A stretch of DNA of 64,000 nt from a virus. Every line of letters begins with the position of its first letter. The first letter of the stretch is position 1. Under the pieces are notes generated by a model. It ran no database searches. It was given only the letters and a program-made list of their open reading frames with translations, and had not been told where the DNA came from. The translations under genes and the position numbers were made by a program. The stretch lies in IMG/VR virus record IMGVR_UViG_3300045988_137804, positions 1 to 64,000 of that record; one strand, given 5' to 3'. Positions 27,833-37,719 of the stretch are shown here, one piece after another.

Positions 27833-29780
27833 AGTAGATAGAATTAAAGAATTAATTTCAACACTCAACAAAGCATCAGACGCTTATTATAACAGTGGTA
27901 ATCCTATTATGACAGATTATGAATGGGATAACTTATATGATGAGCTTGCGAAATTAGAGAGAGAAACAGGTGTTGTTTATCTTAATAGTCCTACGCAACA
28001 GGTTGGATATGAGGTTAAAACAAAACTTGAAAAAGTAACTCATTCACATCCAATGCTTTCTCTTGGGAAAACAAAGTCTGTTAATGATTTAGTGAAATTT
28101 TCCAATGGGAGAGATTGTATTATTTCTCTTAAAATGGATGGTCTTACGGTTTTAAATACATATGAAGATGGCAAATTGACCCAAAGTGAGACTAGGGGGA
28201 ATGGTGAGGTTGGTGAATTGATTACTCACAACGCCAAAGTATTTGATAATTTACCTGTATCTATTGATATGGATAAGAAGTTTGAGATTGAGGGAGAAGC
28301 AATTATCACAAAAGAAGACTTCCACAATATTAATTTAAAACTTAAAAATGGTGAGAAATATAAGAACCCTCGTAACTTGGCAAGCGGATCAGTTAGACAG
28401 TTAGATAGTAAAATTACAAAAGACCGTCATGTAAAATTTATTGCTTGGAAGATTCCTCATGGATTTACAAGATTTACAGATGGTTTCAAATTTGCAGAAG
28501 AATTAGGCTTTGATGTTGTGCCTTATTCAAAATATAACAGTAAAACAGATGATATTAATGTAATTGTTGAATATCTAAAAGACCTTGCAGACGTAAAAGG
28601 TTATCCGATTGATGGTCTTGTTATTACATATGATAATGTAGAATATGGCAAATCACTTGGTAACACGGGACACCATCCTAGACATTCGTTGGCGTTCAAA
28701 TTTTATGATGAAGAAGAAGTTACCATATTAAAAGATATTGAATGGGGAATGGGTAAAACAGGACAGCTCACGCCAGTAGCAATTTTCGATGACGTAGAAA
28801 TTGATGGTACAACAGTTAATAGAGCATCACTCCATAATGTTTCCATTCTTAAAGAACTGCAACTTGGTATTGGGGATAAGATTACAGTATATAAAGCCAA
28901 TCAGATAATTCCTCAGCTACGAGAAAATCTTACAAAAAGCAATACAATCACAATCCCATCAACCTGTCCTATTTGTGGAAAACCTACAAAGATTGTAAAA
29001 GATAACGATTCAGAAGTTCTTATGTGTACGAATGATAACTGTGCAGGTAAACTTCTTGGTAAACTTTGTCATGCAGTTAGCAAAAATGCATTGAATATTG
29101 ATGGTTTATCTGAAGCAACAATTCAGAAATTCATTGACCTTGGCTGGTTAAAATCAATCAGAGATATCTATTACCTGCATCTTCATAAGATGGACATGTA
29201 TAAACTCGAAGGATTTGGTAAGAAGTCAGTAGATAAACTTCTTAAATCAATTGAAGAAAGTAGAAATACAGACTTAGTTAGATACATTTATGCACAATCA
29301 ATTCCTTTAATTGGACACACTGCAAGTAAAGCAATTTCTAGAGTGTGTAATGGAGATTTTGACATATTTTTAATGCGTATGTCTGGAATGGAGGATTATA
29401 ATTTTTCATCAATAGATGGCTTTGGGACAGAAATGGTCAAATCACTTAGTAGTTGGTGGGATAAAAATGCTTGGCAATTTACAGATACTGGTCACAACGA
29501 ATTTACATTTAAGAAGAAAGAAACAGTTAATGTATCAGGAACAGATTTAACAGGAAAAGTATTCGTAATCACCGGAAGCCTTAGTCAATTCAGAAATCGT
29601 GATGAGTTAAAAGAAGTGATTGAGAGTCTTGGTGGTAAAGTTTCTGGATCAGTAAGTACCAAAACAGCAGCTTTAATTAACAACGATATTGAATCTTCAA
29701 GTAGTAAGAATAAGAAAGCAAAAAGTCTTGGTATTCCGATTCTTACAGAGAATATGTTTATGGAGAAATATCTAAGATAA
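27825..29780 (+). CDS. ligA: NAD-dependent DNA ligase
   Basis: KxDG adenylation motif (LKMDGLTV), a Zn-finger CPICG...C, HhH motifs, and a C-terminal BRCT. Confidence 0.85.
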   Translation: MNKVDRIKELISTLNKASDAYYNSGNPIMTDYEWDNLYDELAKLERETGVVYLNSPTQQVGYEVKTKLEKVTHSHPMLSLGKTKSVNDLVKFSNGRDCIISLKMDGLTVLNTYEDGKLTQSETRGNGEVGELITHNAKVFDNLPVSIDMDKKFEIEGEAIITKEDFHNINLKLKNGEKYKNPRNLASGSVRQLDSKITKDRHVKFIAWKIPHGFTRFTDGFKFAEELGFDVVPYSKYNSKTDDINVIVEYLKDLADVKGYPIDGLVITYDNVEYGKSLGNTGHHPRHSLAFKFYDEEEVTILKDIEWGMGKTGQLTPVAIFDDVEIDGTTVNRASLHNVSILKELQLGIGDKITVYKANQIIPQLRENLTKSNTITIPSTCPICGKPTKIVKDNDSEVLMCTNDNCAGKLLGKLCHAVSKNALNIDGLSEATIQKFIDLGWLKSIRDIYYLHLHKMDMYKLEGFGKKSVDKLLKSIEESRNTDLVRYIYAQSIPLIGHTASKAISRVCNGDFDIFLMRMSGMEDYNFSSIDGFGTEMVKSLSSWWDKNAWQFTDTGHNEFTFKKKETVNVSGTDLTGKVFVITGSLSQFRNRDELKEVIESLGGKVSGSVSTKTAALINNDIESSSSKNKKAKSLGIPILTENMFMEKYLR

Positions 29781-29793
29781 GGAGAACAAGAAT

Positions 29794-29997
29794 ATGATAG
29801 AAACTATGATCGTATTTTTTCTATTTCTATTTATAAATTCATTTGTAATTTCTATATTCTTTTCAGGAATTAGTGGTCTATCATTATGTAGGCGTATATT
29901 ATATTCCTTATTACTTGCTTTAGTACTTTCCGGTTTATTAACATTTTCAACTTTAGCTGTTTACTTTATAGATACAGGAGTGAATTTATTAATATGA
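29794..29997 (+). CDS. Small membrane protein
   Basis: Two transmembrane segments. Confidence 0.35.
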   Translation: MIETMIVFFLFLFINSFVISIFFSGISGLSLCRRILYSLLLALVLSGLLTFSTLAVYFIDTGVNLLI

Positions 29998-30545
29998 TTT
30001 ATGTATTACTTGGCAAAACAGCCAGTGGTAAGGACACCATAGCTTCAAAACTGGCTAAAAAAGGACTTAAACGGGTTGTAACTTACACAACCCGTCCACC
30101 AAGAAAAGGTGAAAAAGATGGCGAGAATTATCATTTTATCACTAACGATGAATTTGAAGGATTGATTCAAAGCGGATTTTTCGCAGAGTGGAGGTCTTAC
30201 GACACTGTAGATGGTGTTTGGTATTATGGATCGTCAATAGATAGCTATGATACAGATGAAGATAGAATTATAATTTTGAACCCTGATGGGTTTCATCAAA
30301 TCAAAAAAATCTTAGAACCTGAAAAGGTCAAATCAATTTATGTATATTCAAACATAAAAACAATCAGAAATAGATTAAAAAAACGTGGAGACAAGAAAGA
30401 AGAAGCTGAAAGACGTATTGAACACGACTTAATTGACTTCAAAGGTCTTGAAAATGAAGTAGATAAGATTATGTATAACAACGAAGATGATAATCTCGAT
30501 GACGTAGTTCAAAAAATTCTTTCTTATATAACAGAGAATAAGTAA
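29994..30545 (+). CDS. Guanylate kinase-like nucleoside monophosphate kinase
   Basis: P-loop GKTASGKDT and TTRPPRKGEKDGENYHF. Confidence 0.7.
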   Translation: MIYVLLGKTASGKDTIASKLAKKGLKRVVTYTTRPPRKGEKDGENYHFITNDEFEGLIQSGFFAEWRSYDTVDGVWYYGSSIDSYDTDEDRIIILNPDGFHQIKKILEPEKVKSIYVYSNIKTIRNRLKKRGDKKEEAERRIEHDLIDFKGLENEVDKIMYNNEDDNLDDVVQKILSYITENK

Positions 30546-30561
30546 GTGGAGGATTAGTTAA

Positions 30562-30756
30562 TTGGTATCAACGACAGCACAATTAGCTAGAGACTTGCAT
30601 AATTTAGGTGACAATTTTGTAATTGCAGTGGATGAAGATGGTGTGGAATACATCATCGATTCCATTGGCAAAGCGTGTAGACATTATGATAACCCATACG
30701 AATATTGTTTAGCACTTAAGTTAAAAAGAGCAAGTTCTGGCTGTATTAAAAGATAG
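30562..30756 (+). CDS. hypothetical protein
   Basis: ORF only. Confidence 0.3.
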   Translation: MVSTTAQLARDLHNLGDNFVIAVDEDGVEYIIDSIGKACRHYDNPYEYCLALKLKRASSGCIKR

Positions 30757-30768
30757 GAGAATATAGAA

Positions 30769-31002
30769 ATGTATATTAATTTTGCAACAGTTAATGACGT
30801 AGCATTATTTACAACAACGTGTGATAAATATGATGAAGATATAGATATCTACTTTGGTCACATGTGTTTTGATGCAAAATCTCTTGGAGCTAATATGAAT
30901 CTAATTGGCAAAGATGCAAAAGTTGTTATTCATACAGATGATGAGTCTGTGGAGAATAAATTTAAAGAGGATGTAAATTTGTGGATTGTAAAGAAAGGGT
31001 GA
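30769..31002 (+). CDS. Small protein, possibly with an HPr-like fold (paralog 1)
   Basis: DAKSLGANMNLIG resembles the HPr Ser46 region KSIMGVMSLG. Called from memory only. Confidence 0.3.
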   Translation: MYINFATVNDVALFTTTCDKYDEDIDIYFGHMCFDAKSLGANMNLIGKDAKVVIHTDDESVENKFKEDVNLWIVKKG

Positions 31003-31008
31003 TTAAAG

Positions 31009-31248
31009 ATGTGGATTCTATTGAACGACACAACTGAATTAGTTGCATTTAGGAATGGTGCAAGGTTCTTTGATGGAACAATTGAAGTGCAGCAGGGCAG
31101 ATATATTATTGATGCCAAAAGTACACTTGGTCTGTTTAGCTTGGATCTTTCAAAGCCTGTAGATGTGACCATCACATGTGATAGTGAGAGAGTAAAAAAT
31201 AATTTCTATGATTATGTCAAGAAGTGGAGAGCAGAAGATGGCATTTAG
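31009..31248 (+). CDS. Small protein, possibly with an HPr-like fold (paralog 2)
   Basis: DAKSTLGLFSLDLSKPVDVTI. Paralogous to the 30769 ORF. Confidence 0.3.
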   Translation: MWILLNDTTELVAFRNGARFFDGTIEVQQGRYIIDAKSTLGLFSLDLSKPVDVTITCDSERVKNNFYDYVKKWRAEDGI

Positions 31249-31603
31249 GTATTCTGCATACAATACAACAATTTTCAATTGTCCATGTAAATGCTGTTTG
31301 ACGTGGGAAGAATGTAGCGTTACACAACCATCAAAATGTCAAAGAATATTGGATAATTATGTGGACTACTACGAAAGTAAAAAGAAAATAACTAATAAAA
31401 CAAGATATTCCGAAACAAAGAAATCTAAAGCTATCCGTGAAAAACTTGAGAAAGATTCAAATGACATTGAGAAGTTAATTCTGCAATTGTCAAAAGATGG
31501 ATGTAAAAACGACAATAACGAACTTGTTTTTCTCACATCCAGGTATTCATACATAAAAGAATTGCTTAAAAAATATTGGAAAGATGGTGAGAAAAATGAA
31601 TAA
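31208..31603 (+). CDS. Cys-rich hypothetical protein
   Basis: CPCKCC motif. The start may be M at 31238. Confidence 0.35.
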   Translation: MIMSRSGEQKMAFRYSAYNTTIFNCPCKCCLTWEECSVTQPSKCQRILDNYVDYYESKKKITNKTRYSETKKSKAIREKLEKDSNDIEKLILQLSKDGCKNDNNELVFLTSRYSYIKELLKKYWKDGEKNE

Positions 31604-32192
31604 ACCTAAACTATTTTTAGATTTTGACAACACAATCGTAGATACAATCGCAGCAGTTGTGTCTCTATACAATGAAGATTACGCATCTAATGAAGGCTTT
31701 GTTCAGATTAATCCTGAAGATGTAACAAGTTGGGAGTTTACCGAATGTAATCTTGCTACATATGAAGAGATTGACAGATATTTTGGTGATGAAAGATTCT
31801 TCCAAAGAGTCAAATTGTATCCAAGTGCAGGTCAAGTCTTACGATCGTTATCCCATAGATATGATATCACTATTGTCTCACATGGGTATGCTAACAATTT
31901 GAGACTGAAAGAAAAATGGGTAAAAGATAATTTGTTTAAAGAAATCTTCGATAGTAGTTGCAATGCTGAATTTGTTGGTGTTGATTGGGAAACACATAAC
32001 GACAAATCTCATGTAGACATGTCTAATTCTATTTTCGTAGATGATTCTATCAGAAATCTCGAAACAAGTAGTGCAAAATATAAAATCTTATATGGAGAAT
32101 ATATGGATTGGAATAATACAAATATTGAGTTCATTCGATGCAAGAATTGGCTCGATTTGAACAATCAGATTTGTCTGATCGAAAGATTTTAA
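31584..32192 (+). CDS. HAD-superfamily 5'(3')-deoxyribonucleotidase-like protein
   Basis: LFLDFDNTIVD (DxDxT). Alternative start at 31596. Confidence 0.6.
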   Translation: MVRKMNKPKLFLDFDNTIVDTIAAVVSLYNEDYASNEGFVQINPEDVTSWEFTECNLATYEEIDRYFGDERFFQRVKLYPSAGQVLRSLSHRYDITIVSHGYANNLRLKEKWVKDNLFKEIFDSSCNAEFVGVDWETHNDKSHVDMSNSIFVDDSIRNLETSSAKYKILYGEYMDWNNTNIEFIRCKNWLDLNNQICLIERF

Positions 32193-32206
32193 GGAGGTAT
32201 CTGAAA

Positions 32207-32383
32207 ATGGTAGTAACTAATTTTTTATGTTTTTTAGTTGGTGCAGTTATTGGAGTCATAATGACGTGTTTTTGTAATGTTAATTACGATGATTCTCGTG
32301 AAAGAGAATGGAATGAATGGAAAAGTGATATGGAAGAATTCGAACTTGATGAAGATTTGAAAGAAACAAAGGAGGATAAGTAA
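32207..32383 (+). CDS. Small membrane protein
   Basis: AAGGAGG ribosome-binding site. One transmembrane segment, then an acidic tail. Confidence 0.35.
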   Translation: MVVTNFLCFLVGAVIGVIMTCFCNVNYDDSREREWNEWKSDMEEFELDEDLKETKEDK

Positions 32384-32385
32384 TA

Positions 32386-35300
32386 ATGGTAAGAGTTATT
32401 AAAAGAGATTGCTCTGAAGTTGATTTTGATAAGAATAAAATTTCAACGGCAATCTTAAAGGCTATGAAAAATGGTAGCGGAATTGTTAAACCCAAAATTG
32501 CGGAATCTATTGCAGATGAGATTGAAAAGGAATGTAAGGATCGAGAAGAGATTGATATTTCTGAAATTGAAGCAATGGTATTTGACAAGCTGATTACCAA
32601 AAAACAGAGACTTACTGCAAGAGCATATGAAGGTTATAGAAGTACAAGAGAATTCCAGAGAGAGAATGAGAATACTGTTGACGAGGAAATTCTTGGAATT
32701 GTAGAAGCAAACAACGAAGAATGGAAAGATGAAAATGCGAATAAAAATCCAGCATTAAACCCTACAATTCGTGATTATATTGCTGGATCTGTAAGTAAAG
32801 ACGCAACAAAAAGATTTTTATTATCTCCAGAAATTATTCAGAGTCATTTAGAAGGAATTATTCATTTCCATGATTCAGATTACTTTATTCAACATATGCA
32901 TAACTGCGGATTAGTAAATCTTGAAGATATGCTTCAGAATGGTACTGTTATTAGTGAAACAATGATTGAAAAGCCACATAGTTTTTCTACAGCATGTACC
33001 GTGACTACTCAGATCATTGCTCAAGTTGCATCTAGTCAGTATGGTGGACAGAGTATCTCACTTGCACATCTGGCACCGTTTGTGGATGTTTCCAGAGAGA
33101 AGATCCGTAAGGAAGTGATCAGCGAGCAGGAACTGGTCGGAATGGAATATCCGGAAGATGTGCTCAATGAGATCGTAGAGAGAAGACTGAAAAAAGAGAT
33201 TACAAAAGGTGTTCAAACAATTCAGTACCAGTTAATCACACTTATGACAACAAATGGGCAAGCACCGTTCATCACAATTTTTATGTATCTGAATGAAGCA
33301 AAGAATGAGAGAGAAAAGAAAGACCTAGCGATGTTAATTGAAGAAATGTTACTTCAGAGAAAACTTGGTGTGAAAAATGAAGATGGTGTTTATATTGCAC
33401 CAGCATTTCCAAAACTCATTTATGTTCTTGAGGATGACAATTGTAACGAATCAACAGAATATTGGTATTTAACAGAACTTGCTGCCGAATGCACGTCAAA
33501 AAGATTAGTTCCAGATTACATCTCTGAAAAAGTAATGAAAGAACTTAAAGGTGATGTGTATACATGCATGGGATGTGTTGATGGAAAAGAACTTGTTACA
33601 TATACATATAACAATAATCTTTACGTTGAATCATTTGAAAGAATGTGGAATAGACTTTCTGATAGATTTGAAATAAAACATCAGTATAATGACAACAACC
33701 CAAATCTATATATGGATTTGAGCGATGTAGAAATCTATGACACAGACAAAGGATTTGTTAATACAGAGAGAATAATCAGAAATATATCAACCTCTTGGCT
33801 TGATGTTAATTTTTCCAACGGAAGAAGATTACTTTGTACAGAAGATCACCCACTTACATTAAGAGATGGAAGAACAATCCATGCATCTGAATTAAAATTA
33901 AAGGATAGAATTCTCATTAATTCACATCAGTATAATGAAGAAAATATTGTATTCAATGAAGACAAGGCGTGGTTGTTAGGTTTTATGCTTTGTGATGGAT
34001 GTTATCAAGGCTCTTTATTTTCTTCAATTGCAGCAGAAAATGAAGATGAAATTGCAGATAAGTTTTCAGAAACAATGAAGAAATATTTTGATCTCGATAT
34101 TGAAAAAAAATTACAGCAAAGAGGTAAGAAAGGAACATATTACGATTTGATTGCACATAGTCAGAATGAAAAAATATCTGTGTATTGTAATTATTTCGCT
34201 AAAAAATTCGAAGGTCTGAATAAGATTGATAGACATGTTCCTAATGAAGTATTTTCATGGAATTATTCGTCAAAACTTGCTTTCCTGGCAGGAATGATTG
34301 ATGCAGATGGGTACATTAATAGTTCTCAGAATAAAGGATTTTCTATAGTTCAAATTGGTTCTACAAACAAAGAACTTGCATTACAACAAATGGCACTTGC
34401 ACAGTCTTTAGGTATGCCAGCAAAGCTGTACCATAACCATTACAGTAAACGTAACCCAGAATTGATTAGATACAGAGTTGAGTTTTATCCAACAGATGAA
34501 CTAATTAATTATATTGTATGTAAAAAGAAATATGATAATTATATTGATTCAAATGTATCTAGTTATAATCATGAATCTGAAGTTACTGAAATCAACAAAA
34601 TTAATAAAAAAATGTTTTCTTACGATGTAACAACAACAAGTGAGCATTTTGAAATTAGCGGAATCTATAGTCATAATTGTAGGTCTTTTTTAACTGTTGA
34701 TAGATTTTCTGATAAAGTTGGAAACATTTCTAACGCTAAAAACTTTAATGGAAAACATAAATATTACGGAAGATTTAATCAGGGTGTTGTTACAATTAAT
34801 CTTCCAGATATTGCATTTTCATCTGATGGCGACATGGATAAGTTTTGGGGAATTTTCGAAGAAAGAACAGAATTATGCCATAAGGCTTTAAAGGCTAGAC
34901 ATAACCGTTTGCTTAAAACTTCTTCTGATATTGCACCAATCCTGTGGCAGAACGGAGCATATGCAAGACTTAAAAAACATGAACCAATTGACAAACTTTT
35001 ATTTGATGGATATTCAACGATTTCTCTTGGATATGCAGGACTTTATGAGTGTGTGAAATATATGACAGGAAAATCCCATACAGATGGTGATGTAGGAGAA
35101 AAGTTTGGATTGGAAGTAATGCAAGCATTAAATGATAAATGTAATCAGTGGAAAGAAGCTGAAAACATTGATTATAGTTTGTATGGCAGCCCAATCGAAA
35201 GCACTACGTATAAATTTGCAAAGTGCTTAAAAAATAGATTCGGTGATGATATTTTTATTAAACTTGATGGATTTGATAGAAATTATATTACAAATAGTTA

Positions 35301-35730
35301 TCACGTTCCTGTGTTTGAAAGAATTACAGCATTTGACAAATTTAAAATTGAATCAAAATTCCAAAACCTTAGTCCAGGAGGCGCAATTTCGTATTGTGAA
35401 ATCCCATCAATTAACGTAAATATTCCAGCATTATTGGAAGTAATTAAATTTATTTATGACAATATTATGTACGCAGAAATCAATACAAAAGATTGTTATT
35501 GCGAAGTGTGTGGATACGATGGAGACATTCCACTTATTGACGATGATAACGGTAAACTTGTATGGGAATGCCCTAATTGTGGCAACACAGATAATACAAA
35601 AATGGACATCGCATTTAGAGTTTGTGGTTATGTTGGTACTGCAAAAAATGGTGGAAACCAAGGAAGATATGGAGATATCCACGATAGAGTTTACCACATC
35701 GATGACTTTGAATACGAGGAAAATGAATAA
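32386..35730 (+). CDS. nrdD: Anaerobic ribonucleoside-triphosphate reductase (class III) carrying an in-frame intein
   Basis: ATP-cone N-terminus. C-terminal Zn ribbon CEVCGYDG...CPNCGN and glycyl-radical motif RVCGYVG. Intein at 33574..34677. Confidence 0.85.
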   Translation: MVRVIKRDCSEVDFDKNKISTAILKAMKNGSGIVKPKIAESIADEIEKECKDREEIDISEIEAMVFDKLITKKQRLTARAYEGYRSTREFQRENENTVDEEILGIVEANNEEWKDENANKNPALNPTIRDYIAGSVSKDATKRFLLSPEIIQSHLEGIIHFHDSDYFIQHMHNCGLVNLEDMLQNGTVISETMIEKPHSFSTACTVTTQIIAQVASSQYGGQSISLAHLAPFVDVSREKIRKEVISEQELVGMEYPEDVLNEIVERRLKKEITKGVQTIQYQLITLMTTNGQAPFITIFMYLNEAKNEREKKDLAMLIEEMLLQRKLGVKNEDGVYIAPAFPKLIYVLEDDNCNESTEYWYLTELAAECTSKRLVPDYISEKVMKELKGDVYTCMGCVDGKELVTYTYNNNLYVESFERMWNRLSDRFEIKHQYNDNNPNLYMDLSDVEIYDTDKGFVNTERIIRNISTSWLDVNFSNGRRLLCTEDHPLTLRDGRTIHASELKLKDRILINSHQYNEENIVFNEDKAWLLGFMLCDGCYQGSLFSSIAAENEDEIADKFSETMKKYFDLDIEKKLQQRGKKGTYYDLIAHSQNEKISVYCNYFAKKFEGLNKIDRHVPNEVFSWNYSSKLAFLAGMIDADGYINSSQNKGFSIVQIGSTNKELALQQMALAQSLGMPAKLYHNHYSKRNPELIRYRVEFYPTDELINYIVCKKKYDNYIDSNVSSYNHESEVTEINKINKKMFSYDVTTTSEHFEISGIYSHNCRSFLTVDRFSDKVGNISNAKNFNGKHKYYGRFNQGVVTINLPDIAFSSDGDMDKFWGIFEERTELCHKALKARHNRLLKTSSDIAPILWQNGAYARLKKHEPIDKLLFDGYSTISLGYAGLYECVKYMTGKSHTDGDVGEKFGLEVMQALNDKCNQWKEAENIDYSLYGSPIESTTYKFAKCLKNRFGDDIFIKLDGFDRNYITNSYHVPVFERITAFDKFKIESKFQNLSPGGAISYCEIPSINVNIPALLEVIKFIYDNIMYAEINTKDCYCEVCGYDGDIPLIDDDNGKLVWECPNCGNTDNTKMDIAFRVCGYVGTAKNGGNQGRYGDIHDRVYHIDDFEYEENE
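33574..34677 (+). mobile_element. Intein of 368 aa with a LAGLIDADG homing-endonuclease domain, inserted in NrdD between ...YTCMG and CRSFL
   Basis: Starts with Cys (CVDGKEL) and ends ...SHN followed by Cys. LAGLIDADG motifs LLGFMLCDG and LAGMIDADG. Confidence 0.8.
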
Positions 35731-36275
35731 TGAAATATAACTCAATTAGATACATGGACATCAGTAATGGAGAGGGCGTTGGAGTCGCCCTTTTCGTACA
35801 AGGCTGCAATTTCCATTGTCCTTCTTGTTTTAACCAAGATACTTGGGACTTCAATGGTGGCAAAGAATGGACAGAAAAAACTAAAGAAACATTTCTTAAA
35901 TTAGCAGATAAACCATACATAAAAAGAGTTTCATTTCTTGGTGGAGAATGTTTAGCAAATGAAAATCTTGAAGGAGTTTATGATGTTATCAAAGATGTAA
36001 ACGAATTATTTCCTGATAAAAAGATATGGATGTATACAGGCTATACTTGGGAATCTATTTTTAATCCAATTGTGACTGACAATCTTGATCTGGAAAGAGA
36101 TAGACTTATTGAACTCAGAAAAATGATTGTTAAAATGACAGATGTTCTTATTGATGGACAATATATTCATGAACAAAGAGATATGAATTTAAAATTCCGT
36201 GGCAGCAAAAATCAGTGTGTTATTGATACAAAAAAATCTCTTGATCAGGGCAAAATAGTTCTATATCTTGATTAA
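35730..36275 (+). CDS. nrdG: Anaerobic ribonucleotide reductase activating protein (radical SAM)
   Basis: QGCNFHCPSC cluster. ATGA overlap with nrdD. Confidence 0.8.
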   Translation: MKYNSIRYMDISNGEGVGVALFVQGCNFHCPSCFNQDTWDFNGGKEWTEKTKETFLKLADKPYIKRVSFLGGECLANENLEGVYDVIKDVNELFPDKKIWMYTGYTWESIFNPIVTDNLDLERDRLIELRKMIVKMTDVLIDGQYIHEQRDMNLKFRGSKNQCVIDTKKSLDQGKIVLYLD

Positions 36276-36278
36276 TTA

Positions 36279-36330
36279 ATTATAATGAGGACGCATTAAT
36301 TTGTGTCCTCTTAATTAAAAGGAGCAACAA
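36279..36330 (+). terminator. Probable rho-independent terminator after nrdG
   Basis: Hairpin gaggac...gtcctc followed by a T/A-rich tail. Confidence 0.4.
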
Positions 36331-36331
36331 A

Positions 36332-36604
36332 ATGAACGAAGAAATCAAACCAAAACAAGTTCTATATTATGCACAAATTCTTCCGACAGTTGGTATTTAT
36401 CATGTATTAGAAATGAAAGTAGCAACAGTCTATGATACTTATTTTGCAGTCACAGAAAAGCGTGATAAACATCGCTATTTGTTCAATTATGAAGATGTTG
36501 GTAGAACCATTTTCTTCAATAGAAGTGAGTGTTTAGAAAAAGTAAAATACGCTGAAGCTCATGGCAAAAAAGTAAGCAACGAAACATATTACGAAGAAGA
36601 TTAA
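36332..36604 (+). CDS. hypothetical protein
   Basis: AAAAGGAG ribosome-binding site. Confidence 0.45.
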   Translation: MNEEIKPKQVLYYAQILPTVGIYHVLEMKVATVYDTYFAVTEKRDKHRYLFNYEDVGRTIFFNRSECLEKVKYAEAHGKKVSNETYYEED

Positions 36605-36615
36605 GGTGATAAAAC

Positions 36616-37365
36616 ATGGCGAATAAATTATTAGAATATAAAAATAGATTTCGTTTACGTGTACCTATTTGCGAATCAACTCATGATTTTTCACGTAAGC
36701 TAGATGGAAGTTTAGAAGATATTGATATCTATGTTGATTGTGCTTGTGATTGTAAAATTTTTCATTATGGTCATAAAATTTTTGAAGCATATATTCCATC
36801 TATACAAAGAGGACATAACATTTTAAAACAATTATATTATGAAAATATTAATCCAAATAATGTAAATGTTACTGAGAAAGAAATGGTAGCAAGAGGAACA
36901 AAAACAACAAAACTTTCTTACCATATCATCGACAATGATCTATATAAATCAGAATTAAAATCATCAGATTTTTTCCCATTTATTCAGGAATCAGATTCAG
37001 AAGTTATCTTTAGATTTCACGAAAAAGATTTTGAGAAAGTAATTAAATTATTAAAACCAAAAACTCTTGGTGCAGGTATTTCTCCATTCAGTACGAAGAA
37101 TTTACCTAAACGAAAGTATGAAATAAGTGATGACCAGTTAAGAGAATATAAGAGTATAAACGACTCTATTCCTCAGTCTGATAAATTAAAGCTCTCAAGA
37201 ATTACGAGCGATTTTATCAACAATATTATGTCGAAAAACAAACGATATAATATTGTTGATATGAAAAAATTAATGAGAAAAAAGATGCTAAATGGTAAAG
37301 AATTTATTCACGAAGAAGGTTTCTGGAATGAATATATTTCTTATTTAAAGAAGAGATTGTGGTGA
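36616..37365 (+). CDS. hypothetical protein
   Basis: ORF only. Confidence 0.45.
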   Translation: MANKLLEYKNRFRLRVPICESTHDFSRKLDGSLEDIDIYVDCACDCKIFHYGHKIFEAYIPSIQRGHNILKQLYYENINPNNVNVTEKEMVARGTKTTKLSYHIIDNDLYKSELKSSDFFPFIQESDSEVIFRFHEKDFEKVIKLLKPKTLGAGISPFSTKNLPKRKYEISDDQLREYKSINDSIPQSDKLKLSRITSDFINNIMSKNKRYNIVDMKKLMRKKMLNGKEFIHEEGFWNEYISYLKKRLW

Positions 37366-37371
37366 AGAAAA

Positions 37372-37719
37372 ATGAAACAATTAAAGTTGAGTAAAAAATG
37401 CAAGCATGAAGATTTAGTTGCGTATGGTTTCAGAAAACACGGACTGAATTATAAACTTTCAGTTCCATTATATACATATAAAAAGATTCCGGTTATTAGT
37501 GTAAGTTTTCTCGTTTCATGTCTTGATAATTATGTTGGTTATGATGTGATCGACAACAATTCTGACATGATTTACACAGCTTATTATGACACAAGTTTGT
37601 GCGGAGAGAATAAAGTATTAGAGAAAGTTAAACGAAAACTTGATGAAGTTTTTGAGGAAATGACTGAGAAAAATATTTTAAAAGGAGATAAAGAAGATGC
37701 AGAGAATTGCGAAATTTAG
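37372..37719 (+). CDS. hypothetical protein
   Basis: ORF only. Confidence 0.4.
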   Translation: MKQLKLSKKCKHEDLVAYGFRKHGLNYKLSVPLYTYKKIPVISVSFLVSCLDNYVGYDVIDNNSDMIYTAYYDTSLCGENKVLEKVKRKLDEVFEEMTEKNILKGDKEDAENCEI

